DNA of 64,000 nucleotides from Octopus sinensis (taxonomy: Eukaryota): positions 9,610,001-9,674,000 of the forward strand of contig NC_043001.1 in NCBI RefSeq assembly GCF_006345805.1. Reading direction: 5' to 3'. Position numbers and translations under genes: made by a program. This document shows positions 38,366 through 52,165 of the stretch, piece after piece (positions within the stretch are counted from its first letter, which is position 1; the number at the start of each line of letters is the position of its first letter). The notes beneath the pieces were generated by a model that saw only the letters and a list, made by a program, of their open reading frames with translations, made no database searches and had not been told where the DNA came from.

Positions 38366-38700
38366 AAACATTATTGGTGAATTGAAGAAATGGAGCTGAA
38401 CGCAGATTGAACAGAAATCGTTTTATTTCATTCTACACGTGTTTCGAAAGGCACAAATTACCAAAAACGTTTCGCCATGGGCTCTTAGGAGCACAGTTCG
38501 ATTTGTTTTTTGCTCTGCCTCTGTCTGTTTTTGTTTTTCCAACGGATTTCCTTTTTTTTCTGAAGAGAAAGACACAATATGTCCCATTATTCAATCGGAT
38601 TTGGTAATTTGTGCCTTTCGAAAACACGTGTAGAATGAAATAAAACGATTTCTGTTCAATCTGCGTTCAGCTCCATTTCTTCAATTCACCAATAATGTTT
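38366..38700. mobile_element. MITE with ~100-bp terminal inverted repeats
   Basis: AAACATTATTGGTGAATTGAAG...CTTCAATTCACCAATAATGTTT, with a ~130-bp spacer. Confidence 0.85.
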
Positions 38701-38829
38701 TAATTTCAATTATCCGCCACCAACGCACGGTTGCAACGCAGATGGTTGTACCTCCACCGTGCTGTTCACTGCTGTGATTTTTGCTACTAAGGTATCGGTT
38801 AAACTTTTGATTAATCCACTACAAGATTA

Positions 38830-39245
<416 letters not shown>

Positions 39246-39339
39246 AGGAGATCCAGCGAGATCTCCTAATATATATATTAGGAGATCCAGCGAGCCATCA
39301 CCAACCATCTATGCAAATCACAAGGACCACTCACCCATT

Positions 39340-40890
39340 ACCAACTTCCCTTACCTCGACATTCCTGTTAAATGTAAGTGGCATAAACCCATCAATTATT
39401 GCGCCCAAAAATGGAAGATCCCATATATAGAGAGTTGGCTTGCCGAAATGGCACATTGCTTCCCTTTTATCCTTACCGAGACTCACCTGAACAACACCCA
39501 TATGGACGCAGAGGTGAAAATAAAAGATTTCACCATTGTTCGTGCGGATCGCACAGACCGAAATAAGGGAGGGACAGCCATCTTTATCCATGACTCCTTT
39601 TCACTTGATGCCAAGGACAATTTTTCCAATGGCTACTGTGAATCGGTATCAGTATCAACAAAGCCAAGGACATAACCATTGTTGGTCTTTACGGCCTCCC
39701 CAGGCACCTCTAAAGTACTTTGAAGAGTGCCTTAGCAATGTCAAGTCCTTCCTTCGGAAGTACCACTCCGGAAACATAATAGTGATGGGTGTTTTAAACC
39801 TCCCTCATGTGAACTGGCCCACAAATACTCCGAAGTTAGGCAAGTGCTCTACATCAGATAGGGCAGCAGCAGAACTGCTCTTTAATCTGATGGATGAGTA
39901 TTTCCTGACTCAGCTAGTGCTTGAACCAACGAGACAGAATAAAACGATCTTGGATCTTGTACTGACCAATCACTCTAGCTACGTTCACAGCATTCAGTCG
40001 CGAAAAAAACTCTCCTCTCAGACCACGACATGGTACTCTGCAATCTTAATTCCCGACGTATAAAAACCAAACCAGCCAATCCCACTCCATGGCACCCATT
40101 TGACAACATAAATTTCCACAAAGCGGACTGGGGAACAATCAGAAAGGATCTGTCTTCCATCGACTGGTCTTTTACTCTCAATTCCCCTCATATTGAGACC
40201 GCGTGGCAGCACTTTGAAACCATTGTCACCGACACATGCTCTAAACATGCTCCCAAGAAAATCTAAACACAAAACAGAAACCGGCTCCCTAAAAAGAAAA
40301 AAAACACTCATCAGGCGCATCAAAGGACTCAACAAAAAAATCACCATTATTAAAATATTCCCACACGCAACATCCACATTCAACAACAATGAAAGACTAG
40401 AGCTGGAAAAACTTCATCTGCAGACTAACATGAAAACCTCCATTGAAAATCAAAGAGCTGTGGAGGAACAATGGGTAACAAAAACATCAAACAGAACCCA
40501 AAAGTGTTCTATTCTTATGCAAATAAGCATAGAACCACTGTCTCACCTATTGGGCCATTGATTGATGAAAACAGCATTCCCCAACACGATGCTAAAGAAA
40601 TGGCAGAAATACTGCAGAAACAATATTGCTCTGTCTTCAGTGTTCCCACTGATATTGATGTGAGGGAAACGAACGAAGCTGACTCCCAACACAAAATCGC
40701 AGACATATCCTTCACTGCCACCGACATCGTAGCAGCAATAAATGAGGTCAAACATTACTCTGCTGTAGGCCCTGATAGATTTCCCGCCAGTCTCCTGAAG
40801 GAATGTAGATATCAACTTGCAGTCCCTCTGACCAACCTCTGGAGAAACTCGTTAGACGCAGGTTATATACCGAAACAGTTTCTATCCCAG
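39340..40890 (+). mobile_element. CR1/L2-group LINE ORF2 relic: APE endonuclease through the start of RT, 3' part missing
   Basis: LLNVSGI..ILTETHL..IVRADR..KGGTAIFI..IIVMGVLNLPHVNW..FLTQLVLEPTR..ILDLVLTN..SDHDMV..NPKVFYSYAN..SAVGPDRFPASLLKEC..LAVPLTNLWRNSLDAGYIP, with frameshifts. Confidence 0.9.
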
Positions 40891-40908
40891 TCTGTCTATC
40901 TATCTATA

Positions 40909-40961
<53 letters not shown>

Positions 40962-40962
40962 G

Positions 40963-41001
<39 letters not shown>

Positions 41002-41093
41002 GTCTATCTATCTATCTATCTATCTATCTCTTTTATTCTTTTTATTTAGGTATAGATGTCTATAACAAACGGAAAATAAGTGGATAGACATAA

Positions 41094-41214
<121 letters not shown>

Positions 41215-41299
41215 TACACACATGCGCACATAAACAAATATATTACCTGCCTTTAAGGACCCTTGCGAGACCCTGGGTAACTGAGATGCCTGGTTTTTC

Positions 41300-41600
41300 A
41301 GTTCTTTTACGTAACACTACTTTCCATGTCAATGGCGTCGGTGGAATCTGTGCCGCCCAGAGCAATTTCTGAGTCTGTCCCCACACACACCAAGGTTCGG
41401 TGGAGAAGAGGCGGCAAAGAGATAGGCTTATTCAACAGACCCAGAAATGCCATCTCCATAAAATCGTCGCCTGGGACCGACCGCCGCCCTCGCGCTCTAC
41501 CGCCAGGACCTATGGACAACTTCCAGAGATCCCTGGCCCGGCAGTGCTACCGAGAAGCGCTACCCGTTCGGGATAAGCTCTACAGACCCGGACTACTCTT
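41300..41600 (+). mobile_element. Tx1/L1-like zf-RVT-region fragment
   Basis: PGPMDNFQRSLARQCYREALPVRDKLYR resembles the 'LP.RD.L.R' motif upstream of the LINE C-terminal zinc finger. Confidence 0.5.
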
Positions 41601-41784
41601 CTATGTTTCTGAGTAAAATAAAGGGTTATTTTTTTTTCCCCCATAATTTGTCCTTTTAACGTCCTTGTCGCCCATTGTCCCTGTGGAAAGTCAAAGAAAT
41701 AAACAATATTTTTATTATTATTATTGTTCGTATTTGTATTTGGTTCGCAAGATACTTGATGTGAATTCGTGTTTTGAAAGAAAT

Positions 41785-42051
41785 ACTATTGAACCTTGGG
41801 AGGGGCATTATGCCAGTAATAATAAACACACGCACTGGTTCAGGCCTTTATTGTTATTGTTTGTTAATGGGTTAGTTATTCCGTTAACCAATCTATCGAT
41901 CAGCCGTATTTACTACTATTTACATTTGATGGATATTTGTCCTCATCTTGTTTGTTGTTAACACAACGTTTCGGTTGATATACCCTCCAGCCTTCATCAG
42001 GTGTCTTAGGAAATTTTGAACCTGGGTTCCCATTCCTAAGGTATTTTTCGA

Positions 42052-42055
<4 letters not shown>
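41785..42055 (-). mobile_element. Penelope-type element (family P2), left inverted copy, with hammerhead motif at 41960-42005
   Basis: Minus strand GACAC-CTGATGA-A-GGCTG..CAACC-GAAAC-GTT-GTGTT, with one mismatch in stem II. Confidence 0.75.
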
Positions 42056-42131
<76 letters not shown>

Positions 42132-42135
<4 letters not shown>

Positions 42136-42348
42136 TAGTTTTATTTCTATAGCGTGCATTCACTTCACTACCGAATGCAGCTCTGTGTGCCTTGGGTATG
42201 TGTTGTGATTTGTTTGTGGTGCTCTGTTGGTTACTGTATTGAAAGTGTTTTGCATAGGATGTGTGCAGTGCCCAGTAGTGCAATTTTCTGTATGTTATAT
42301 GTGTTTGTAAGTCCTGGTGATTTTGTTATGTATTTGTCTGAATATTTT
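42132..42348 (-). mobile_element. R4/Dong 3' stub (third family) in a TAA tract
   Basis: KYSDKYITKSPGLTNTYNIQKIALLGTAHILCKTLSIQ* followed by a 3' UTR ending AAAACTACTG-AATAAT. Confidence 0.85.
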
Positions 42349-42368
42349 TACTATTATTATTATTATTA

Positions 42369-42412
<44 letters not shown>

Positions 42413-42428
42413 TATTATTATTATTATT

Positions 42429-42975
42429 GAGTGAGAGAGCAGGCATGCATCAAAGTGACACTGGGGTAAAATATACGAAGCCCAATATACCCATCATGAC
42501 TACCTGTCTGATAAGGGTACACAGGCACATGCATCATAACCATATTGCGCGACATGGTGATCTCATATCAAGAAACAGCACATGACCTTGCAGGTGGGGC
42601 CCAGTTAGAATTTTCTTCAGGTTGAGTAGCCCATCCCGCTCAAAAGGTCCCTGAATAAGGGTTGTTTAAGGTTGTTGAAAGAACCACCCATGTTTCCAGA
42701 GGTGAATTATTCAACCCCAAAGAATCCCTCTCAACACATGGCTATGATGCTCCCCCACTACTTCTGCTCGTGATCAGAGATGCACATATCGTCAGCCACT
42801 AAGGGACATGCTCAACTGGTTAAGGTCAAACAACTGACAAGCAAATCTGTGGTATTGAGCAGAATATTTGCTGTAGCCCATCTTTTATACCAAGACAAAA
42901 CAATGTACATGATAACACTTCCAATCAGTTAAGATCAGAAGCCATGAGAGCCACTGCCTGGTACTGCATCAGGGC

Positions 42976-42978
<3 letters not shown>
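42429..42978 (-). mobile_element. Family C element
   Basis: Same ends as the copies at 26164 and 48852. TAA tracts on both sides. Confidence 0.85.
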
Positions 42979-43028
<50 letters not shown>

Positions 43029-43084
43029 TATTATTATTATTATTATCATTGTTATTATTATTATTCAGGTCACTGCCTAGAATC

Positions 43085-43415
43085 GAATAATAACATCGAA
43101 AAAAATAGCTTAGGAATGAAAACCCAGGTTCAAAATTTCCCCAAGACATCTGATGAAGGCTGGAAGGTATAACAGCCGAAACGTTGTGTTAACAACAAAC
43201 AAGACGAGGACAAATATCCTTCAAATGTAAATAATGTAAATAACGTACATAATTCCTCATCTCTTAAACATAGAACCGTTTTTTACTAGTTTTTCAAACG
43301 GCTGATCGATAAATTGGTTAACGGTGTAACGAACACATTAACTAACAATAATAAAGGACCGAACCAGTGCGTGTGTTTATCATTACCGGCATAATGCCCC
43401 TCCCAAAAGTTCAAT
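43085..43415 (+). mobile_element. Penelope-type element (family P2), right inverted copy
   Basis: Reverse complement of 41785-42055 with an extra internal segment. Confidence 0.75.
43145..43190 (+). ncRNA. Minimal type I hammerhead ribozyme motif
   Basis: GACAU-CUGAUGA-A-GGCUG(10-nt loop)CAGCC-GAAAC-GUU-GUGUU. Perfect 5-bp stem II, 5-bp stem I with wobbles. Confidence 0.72.
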
Positions 43416-43545
43416 AGTATTTATCATTATTATCATTACTATTAGTACTATTATTATTATTATTATTATTATTAAAATTACTATTAGTACTATTATTATT
43501 ATTATCATTACTATTAGTACTATTATATTATTATATTATTATTAT

Positions 43546-43680
43546 TATTCTATGTTTGACTTTTGCTTTATATTTGTACAAGTTGGCTCCAAGTCTCACC
43601 CAGAGACCTCAAGAGACAACAGGGTTGGAAGTTCATGTTGTTGTTATGCCTAGTGTGCCATATATTTGGGGGGGTGGTTG
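43546..43680 (-). mobile_element. 3' UTR of the Dong family seen at 23095, between TAA tracts
   Basis: TTCTATGTTTGACTTTTGCTTTAT..GTACAAGTTGGCTCCAAGTCTCACCCAG shared with 23095-23160. Confidence 0.75.
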
Positions 43681-43689
43681 TACTAATGA

Positions 43690-43793
<104 letters not shown>

Positions 43794-44361
43794 TATTATT
43801 GGCAACCCGTTGTTAAGTATCAAGCATCTCGAATACCCTTTTACGGTCCCTCTTCTGTTTGGGCGGTCACCCTTTCTTCTTGCTTCTCCGTTCTTCATCG
43901 TTGATGCTGTTCATTATTCCAGGGAAGAAAATGCCTTACAATATTCCTTCCGGCAATTTATGTTCTGCATACAAATCCTGCCAAGGTCAGCTTTGCCTTT
44001 CATCCTTGATAAAATAAATGACCGCCAAGCACTGGGGCCTATAGGCTCTGCTAACCTTCTTCCCCCGCAAAATAACTGGCCTTATGCCTTAATTATAAAT
44101 ATTGTGTTGACTGGAAAGTTTTGCCGTATTTTGGGCACTTATTTGTATTATTCAGTAAGTTGCAAGAAAAGCAGCCTCCGAAGTAGAATGCGAGGCTACT
44201 TTTCTTGCACCGTTTGAATCCAGTCCCTTGAACCCACACTGACTCCAGTTCTTGTCCTTCAAAGCAAAATACTCCTTCCCTGAATAGCCTACCTACTCTT
44301 CGTTGATGAAACGCGGCGAACGCAAAAGGTGAGCCATAGAGTAAAGGTTAAGTTTTATAAG

Positions 44362-44585
44362 GCGGCGAGCTGGCAGAAGCGTTAGCACGCCGGGCGAAAT
44401 GCTTAGCGATATTTCGTCTGCCGCTACGTTCTGAGTTCAAATTTTCCCGAGGTCGACTTTGCCTTTCATCCTTTCGGGGTCAATAAATAAAGTACCAGTT
44501 ACGCACTGGGGTCGATATAATCGACTTAATCCGTTTGTCTGTCCTTGTTTGTCCTCTCTGTGTTTATCCCCTTGTGGGTTGTATT
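44362..44585 (+). mobile_element. SINE family A (A1)
   Basis: Near-consensus head to CCCCTTGTGGG. Confidence 0.9.
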
Positions 44586-45667
44586 ATTATACAGTCGAAT
44601 GACTGAAACAAGTAAAGGAGTAAAAGAATGAACGAGTAAAGAATATGCGCGCGCACTCAAATGCATTCACACATCTCGCGAGATTTGATTCTCATTCACT
44701 TTCGCTTCGTCACCTTTTGTCTCACTCCCTTTAAATATACATTTGTGAGTATGTCTCCGTCTATAATTGATTGATTAATTAATCAATTAATAAAACATTG
44801 CGCACGATTTGGGAGTAACATAAAATGTAACGTAAGGCGGAACCCATTTTTCATAAACATACCTTTTGTAATCTTCCAGGAGTGTCTTGAAATTTGAGAA
44901 AAATAATTCCTGTAACCATTATAAACCTTCATAGAACTTCGTGGTTTTCTCTTCAAGGTGAAGACTATTCATTTTCATAAAGACAAGGCCCAACAAAGCC
45001 ACAAGGTTGATATGATAAATGCATTAGAAACCTCGTCTATTAAACGAACATTACGTAAAATATAATCCACGAAACATAATCATTATAAACCTATGATCGA
45101 TGAAACGCCATAGCAACCTTATAAAGCAGAACGCAAAACGTATTGCACCTAACCCCGAAATATCAATAATACCAGAAAAAAAGAAAACATGGCCTGAATG
45201 ATAATGAATCGCCAAGCAAGCAAGCTTGTGAAAAATTTACTAATAATCACGAATTTGATTTAGGAATTTGATTGTACACGTAAAAGTTGTAAATTTCACA
45301 AGTCTAGATGCTGTAATAGCCATACAAGAAACAGCGCCTTGCTATTGGCTGGCGTCCATTTGTAACGGGAAGAACTGAACTGCACAGTTATAACACAACA
45401 TAAAATGGAAACCTGATGGGAAAGCATTAGCAAACAACACATTCATCGTATGCAGAACTGCCGATGGAATAGATTCTTAATGAAGAAAAAAAAAATCCTA
45501 ATTAAAGGATGGTGAGGAGAGAAATGTTACAATAAACACGTTGCTCACAAATAAAGGTAAACTGAAATGAAGTTTAAAAGCAAATCTACTACCTATGTAT
45601 ACAAATATATACACACATATATACATACATAAACACACACACATACATATATATATATGTACATGTG

Positions 45668-45870
45668 CGCCGGGCGAAATGCTCACCGGTATTTCGTCTG
45701 CTGTTATGTTCTGAGTTCAAATTCCGCCGAGGTCGACTTTGCCTTTCATCCTTTCGGGGTCGATAAATAAAGTATCAGTTTCGCACTGGGGTCGATGTAA
45801 TCGACTTAATCCTTTTGTCTGTCCTTGTTTGTCCCCTCTATGTTTAGCCCCTTGTGGGCAATAAAGAAAT
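45668..45870 (+). mobile_element. SINE family A (A1), 5'-truncated
   Basis: CGCCGGGCGAAATG to AATAAAGAAAT. Confidence 0.88.
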
Positions 45871-46006
45871 ATATATATATGTACATGTATATATACATAC
45901 ACATATATATATATGTATGTATGTAGAAGTACATATACATATATTATACATACACATACATATATACATATGTAAATATATATGTGTGTATATATGTATA
46001 TGTATG

Positions 46007-46067
<61 letters not shown>

Positions 46068-46236
46068 GCATGTATGTATGTGTGTATGTATGTATCTTAC
46101 CAGACACGGCTACTTCTAGAAAAAATGAGTACGTGTGTAAAGAATATATTTTAACTCATGGAAATATAAAGTACAATTCCTCACAACGACTAACCAGAAA
46201 ATAATTGTGTGTGTGTGTGTGTGTGTGTATGTGTGT

Positions 46237-46290
<54 letters not shown>

Positions 46291-46774
46291 ATATTTATGT
46301 ATATACAAACAGATACATGACTTCCCGTACAACCCCCCAAAACAGCTGGACTAACAAACCTCAAAGAAGACCTGGATGTGAAGCGCTCAGGACAGACAGA
46401 TAATAAAATATCTCGAGTCCTACACACATCAAGCAAACACCCACGAGCAAAATCTCTCCCCTAAACATGACCGTCACACAGTGAAAGGGTCCTAATCTTC
46501 TTGGTCCCGCACTAGCCATTAGCCCCAGTCAGTTCGCTTCCGACCGTTTGCAATCTTCGCCCTGCTCATGTCTTTCCTCCTTTTCTCCAAGTGTTGACTT
46601 CGTACGATCAGATCCCTAATAGCATCAAGCTCAATAGTCTTCAAAGGTGTCGTGGACACTCACCGTTATGTATGTGTGTGTGTGTGATTGTGTGTGTGTG
46701 TATGTGTATGTGTGTGCCCGCATATATTTATGCATGCATATGTATATGCATGTATGACTATATATATATATATA

Positions 46775-47003
46775 TATATTAGAAGAAATGAGGTACTCAG
46801 AAATTCGGATGGTTTTATATTTACAGATATTTATTTGTATATTACATGTTTTTATACATCATATACAACTCCAGTAGAATGGACGAAAGCGCTATATATA
46901 TATGATATATGATATATGATATATAAAAACGTGTAATATACAAATAAATATCTGTAAATATAAAACCATTCGAATTTCTGAGTACCTCATTTCTTCTAAT
47001 ATA
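46775..47003. mobile_element. MITE with ~80-bp inverted arms, inserted in (TA)n
   Basis: TATTAGAAGAAATGAGGTACTCAGAAATTC...GAATTTCTGAGTACCTCATTTCTTCTAATA. Confidence 0.85.
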
Positions 47004-47279
47004 AAATACCTGTACATCATCTCCAAACCTTCTAATATATATCCATCTATATATATATGTAGGCGCAGGAGTAGCTGTGTGGTAAGAAGCTTGCTTCCCA
47101 TCCACATGGTTTTGGGTGGCACCTTGGGCAAGTGTCTTCTACTATAGCCTCGGGCCGACCAAAGTATTATGAGCGGATTTGATGGAAGGAAACTGAAAGA
47201 AGCCCGTCGTATATAGATAGACAGTTAGATAGATAGATGATATATATATATAGAGATAGATAGATAGATATATACACAT

Positions 47280-47500
<221 letters not shown>

Positions 47501-48017
47501 ATGCAATCAGAGACCGAAACCTTCGGCAAGGCAACACCAACGTCCTCTCAACGATTAGCCAATGGGGATTTGTTTAAATGAGAATATCTTAAATAATCTC
47601 GACTCACAAATGAGAATACTAAAAATGAACCCGACCGCTCTCAAAAATTAAGTAAAAAAAAACGGAAAAATAGTCCAGGATCCTTGTCCGGTACCTGATC
47701 GATCCTAATGGTAGTTATAGAATGTGAAAGTGGCTGTAGAGAATTTAGTAACAGTAATAAATACTTTATCCTTATCTAATGCAAACCAAAGTTAACAAAT
47801 TCCCCATTCAAAATAGTTTCAAAGGCGGAGGTAATAATAATAAGTTCTACTCAGGAATGTTTAAATGAATAGCATGAGACCCTTTGGCTTCCTCTTCTCT
47901 TAAATTAATATTCTTGTTGTTTTATATCGATGTATAGATCTATGAATATATGTAAGTATACTGTAAAGTGTTTGTATGTATGTATAATATATAATATATA
48001 TATATATTATAAAAGTA

Positions 48018-48425
48018 TGGCGCAGGAGTGGCTGTGTGGTAAGTAGCTTGCTTACCAACCATATGGTTCCGGTTTCAGTCCTACTGTGTGGCACCTTGGG
48101 CAAGTGTCTTCTACTATAGCCTCGGGCCGACCAATGCCTTGTGAGTGGATTTGGTAGACGGAAACTGAAAGAATCCTGTCGTAATATGTATATATATATA
48201 TGTGTGTGTGTTTGTTTGTGTCTGTGTTTGTCCCCCTAGCATTGCTTGACAACCGATGCTGGGTGTGCTTATGTCCCGTCACTTAGCGGTTCGCAAAAGA
48301 GACCGATAGAATAAGTACTGGGCTTACAAAAGAATACGTCCCGGGCTTGAGTTGCTCGATTAAAGGCGGTGCTCCAGCATGGCCGCAGTCAGATGACTGA
48401 AACAAGTAAAAGAGTAAAAGAGAAA
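48018..48425 (+). mobile_element. SINE family B, full length
   Basis: GGCGCAGGAGTGGCTGTGTGGTAAG to (GTAAAAGA)n tail. Confidence 0.92.
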
Positions 48426-48851
48426 AGAGAGTTGTATTATTTAATTTCTGAACGGTTTTGCTGCCGTTTGTTAATGTAGTTTGATTTCTTTTTCCATCAG
48501 TTTCTACTGAGATAGCGACGCGAGTAGAATTAATAATCGAGAAACGAAAATATAATTTTGGAAACAGCCTAAAGGGAGATAACAGAGAAAGACTTGAAAG
48601 TGAAAGTAAGATCGTTATCATGTAAATGTAACAAATAATCCACAATCCTTGTCCAGTACAGATCGATCCTAAAATCTAATCAGTTCGTGTTAACCACGAG
48701 GCCAAACATCTCTGAAAGTTTCATCCGAATCCATCCAGCGGTTCTTGAGATATCTTGTCCACGGACAAACAAGTAATCGAAGATGGCCGAAAACAATAAC
48801 TCCGCCTTCCCTAAGGCGAGGTAATAATAATAATAATAATAATAATAAACC

Positions 48852-49410
48852 AATGCCCTGATGCAGTACCAGGCAGTGGCTCTCATGGCTTCTGATCATA
48901 ACTGATTGGAAATGTTATCATGTACATTGTTTTGTCTTGGTATTAAAAAATGGGCTACAGCAAATATTCTGCTCAATACCACAAATTTGCTTGTCACTTG
49001 TTTGACCTTAACCAGTTGAGCATGTCCCTTGGTGGTTGACGATATGTGCATCTCTGATCATGAGCAGAAGTAGTGGGGGAGCATCATAGCCATGTGTTGA
49101 GGGGGATTCTTTGGGGTTTGAATAATTCACCTCTGGAAACATGGGTGGTTCTTTCAACATCCTTAAACAACCCTTATTCAGGGACCTTTTGAGCGGGATG
49201 GGTTACTCGACCCGAAGAAAATTCCAACTGGGTCCCACCTGCAAGGTCATGTGCTGTTTATCTTGATATGAGATCACCGTGTCGCGCACATATGGTTGTG
49301 ATGCATGTGCCTAGTTTACCCTTATCAGACGGGTAGTCATGATGGGTATACTGGGCTTCGTATATTTGTACCCCAGTGTCACTTTGATGGCATACGCTGC
49401 TCTCTCACTC
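48852..49410 (+). mobile_element. Family C element (followed by a diverged partial copy at 49440-49595)
   Basis: (TAA)n-AATGCCCTGATGCAGTACCAGG...CTGCTCTCTCACTC-(AAT)n. Confidence 0.85.
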
Positions 49411-49925
49411 AATAATAATAATAATAATAATAATATTAACCATGTGTTGTGAGGAATTCCTTGGGATTTGGAAAATTCACCTCTGGAAACATGAGTGTTT
49501 TGTTCATCATCCTTAAACAAGCTTTAATCAGAGACTTTTGAGCAGGGTGTTCTATTCGACCTGAAGAGAATTCTAACTGGGCCCCACCTGCAATCGTCAC
49601 TCCCGTCGATTTCAGCATATGAGTTTATGAAGGACAAGATTAGGGGAAAAATGAAATAAAACTAAAAGAATTTGCATCTATTTGCGATGGATGCGTGAAA
49701 ATGTAATTTGAGTTCAGGGATGGATGTTGCTATGAAATTACGTTGGGGACGATAACAATTTTGATTTTGCCTGGAGTTGGACAAATGTGCCGGTTGATTG
49801 CAGGATATGATTGTTTTATTGTTCTGTTCCTTCAACTCAAATTGCTTAGATGCATCATGACACATTTTACGCCACTTAGATCGATCGAGGCAATAACTTC
49901 CCCATAATAATAATAATAATAATAA

Positions 49926-49966
<41 letters not shown>

Positions 49967-50088
49967 CAACAACAAAACACAACAACAACAACAACCACAA
50001 TAATAATAATAATAATAATATAATAATAATAATAATAAATAATAATAATATAATATAATAATAATATAATAATAGTAATAATAATAAT

Positions 50089-50300
50089 GAAAATATTCAG
50101 ACAAATACATAACAAAAACACCAGGACTTACAAACACATATAACATACAGAAAATTGCACTACTAGGCACTGCACACATCCTACACAGAACACTTTCCAT
50201 ACAATACCATCAGAGCATCGCAACAAATCACAGCACATACCCAAGGCACACAGAGCTGCGCTCGGTAGTGAAGTGAAAGCACGCTATAAAAATAAAACTA

Positions 50301-50304
<4 letters not shown>
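50089..50304 (+). mobile_element. R4/Dong 3' stub, same family and same 5' boundary as 42132-42348
   Basis: AAAATATTCAGACAAATAC start; KYSDKYITKTPGLTNTYNIQKIALLGTAHILHRTLSIQ; ends AAAACTACTG-AATAAT. Confidence 0.85.
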
Positions 50305-50358
<54 letters not shown>

Positions 50359-50903
50359 TAATAATAATAATAATAATAATAAAAGTAATGGTGTTAGATG
50401 CACAAGTATTTGATTGTGGTATCAAAGCATTTATAAATATGTTGCAGAAATGCAAATATAAATAGAACAGAGTAGGAAAAAGGGAGATGGTCTCCACGGT
50501 GGTCCTTCACAAATAGATATTGGGAGTTTGCATAAGTGAAAGTACGATTGAGAAGAAAGGCGAAAACCCATGGTAATCCTTTGCAGCTGTTTCGGGAATT
50601 CGGTAACAAATTGATGCAGTCATGTGAACTATACAAACATAGATATGCAATAAATTGATATTAGAATATATATATATGAAATAAGCGAATTTAAGCCATA
50701 ATCGTGTCGCCACCTTAATCCCTTCAATCGAAGGAATAAATCTAGCTCGACGGGTGCGTTCCCTATAACCAAATCTTGTTCACCTGGATTATTTCTTCTA
50801 TGATCGGAACGTTAGATTTTATGAATATAATCCAGTTTGGGCACTAATCCGGTTTGTATCTGCTCTACGCCTTTTCGCGTATTTTCACCCATTGTGTGCG
50901 CGC

Positions 50904-50953
<50 letters not shown>

Positions 50954-51632
50954 TGTGTGTGTGTGTATTCATATACATAGTATTACAGTATCAGGGGATT
51001 GACCAGATCATCAGTTGCTGTTATACACTGCTGGTCACAATGCGCTTCCAATTCAGTCTCGATTGCCCTATTATTTTCCATCTTGACCGAAATTGCTTAA
51101 TTTAAATCGTGATGGCCTTCCAAATGTGGCCTCTTCCGATCTCTTGGCTTTCATTCGATAACTACACGGGTCCCACTGGTTTTTGTGAGCCTTGCAGCAT
51201 GTCCAGCCATGCAGAACTTGTACTTTCGGGGTTCTGCGATCACATCGTTCGTTCCGCTCTCTCCTCGAATTATCTCATTTTGATTATGATCCAGTAAGCT
51301 TAATCCTAGCACGGATTATACTTACACATATACATGCATATATGTAAATATACATAAGCAAAAAGACACACACACACACATGCACATGAACACACGCACA
51401 AATACACGCACACGCATTGTCATATATAACTATAATAATGTTGGCGCGTTTTGCTCTTGAGAAATGTGCTTCATTTCCCGCTCTCCAATCAGACTGAACT
51501 ACATGGTGTATTGGTGTATTCTATAACGGAATTTTCAGGAGCTCACACACCATCACAGAATTAAAGCATGGCATCATATATATGTAAGTATGTATGTATG
51601 TATGTATGTATGTATGTATGTATGTATGTATG

Positions 51633-51845
51633 TATAAAGTTAATACAAATATGAAAACACAAAGAGAAAACACAACAACGCGAGGACGTGGAACAAGTAT
51701 AGTGTTATTGGACGCTCAGGAAAAGAAAGAAAGAAGGAGATTTAACGTTTCGAGCGGAGCTCTTCATCAGAAACATAGAAAAAGGAAAGCTCCAAGGAAA
51801 GGAAGCCGGAGGAAAAGAATCGCCAACGATACACACGCGGTCACA
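51633..51845 (-). mobile_element. Family P1 element with intact hammerhead core (51740-51774)
   Basis: Minus strand GTTT-CTGATGA-A-GAGCTCCGCTC-GAAAC-GTT-AAAT. Confidence 0.75.
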
Positions 51846-51851
51846 CACACA

Positions 51852-51906
<55 letters not shown>

Positions 51907-51917
51907 TATAATATATA

Positions 51918-51964
<47 letters not shown>

Positions 51965-52129
51965 AGGCGTAGGAGTGGCTGTCTGGTAAGTAGCTTGCTT
52001 ACGAACCACATAGTTCCGAGTTCAGTCCCACTGCGTGGAACTTTCTGCCAGTGACTTCTACTATAGCCCCGGGCCGACAAAAAGCCTTGTGAGTGGATTT
52101 GGTAGACGGAAACTGAAAGAGGTCCGTCG

Positions 52130-52165
<36 letters not shown>

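Noticed and set aside
38462-38492. Minus-strand CTAAGA-GCC(CAT)GGC-GAAACGTT inside the MITE spacer
   Set aside because: The core lacks G5 and stem I is not evident, so at best a dead hammerhead remnant.
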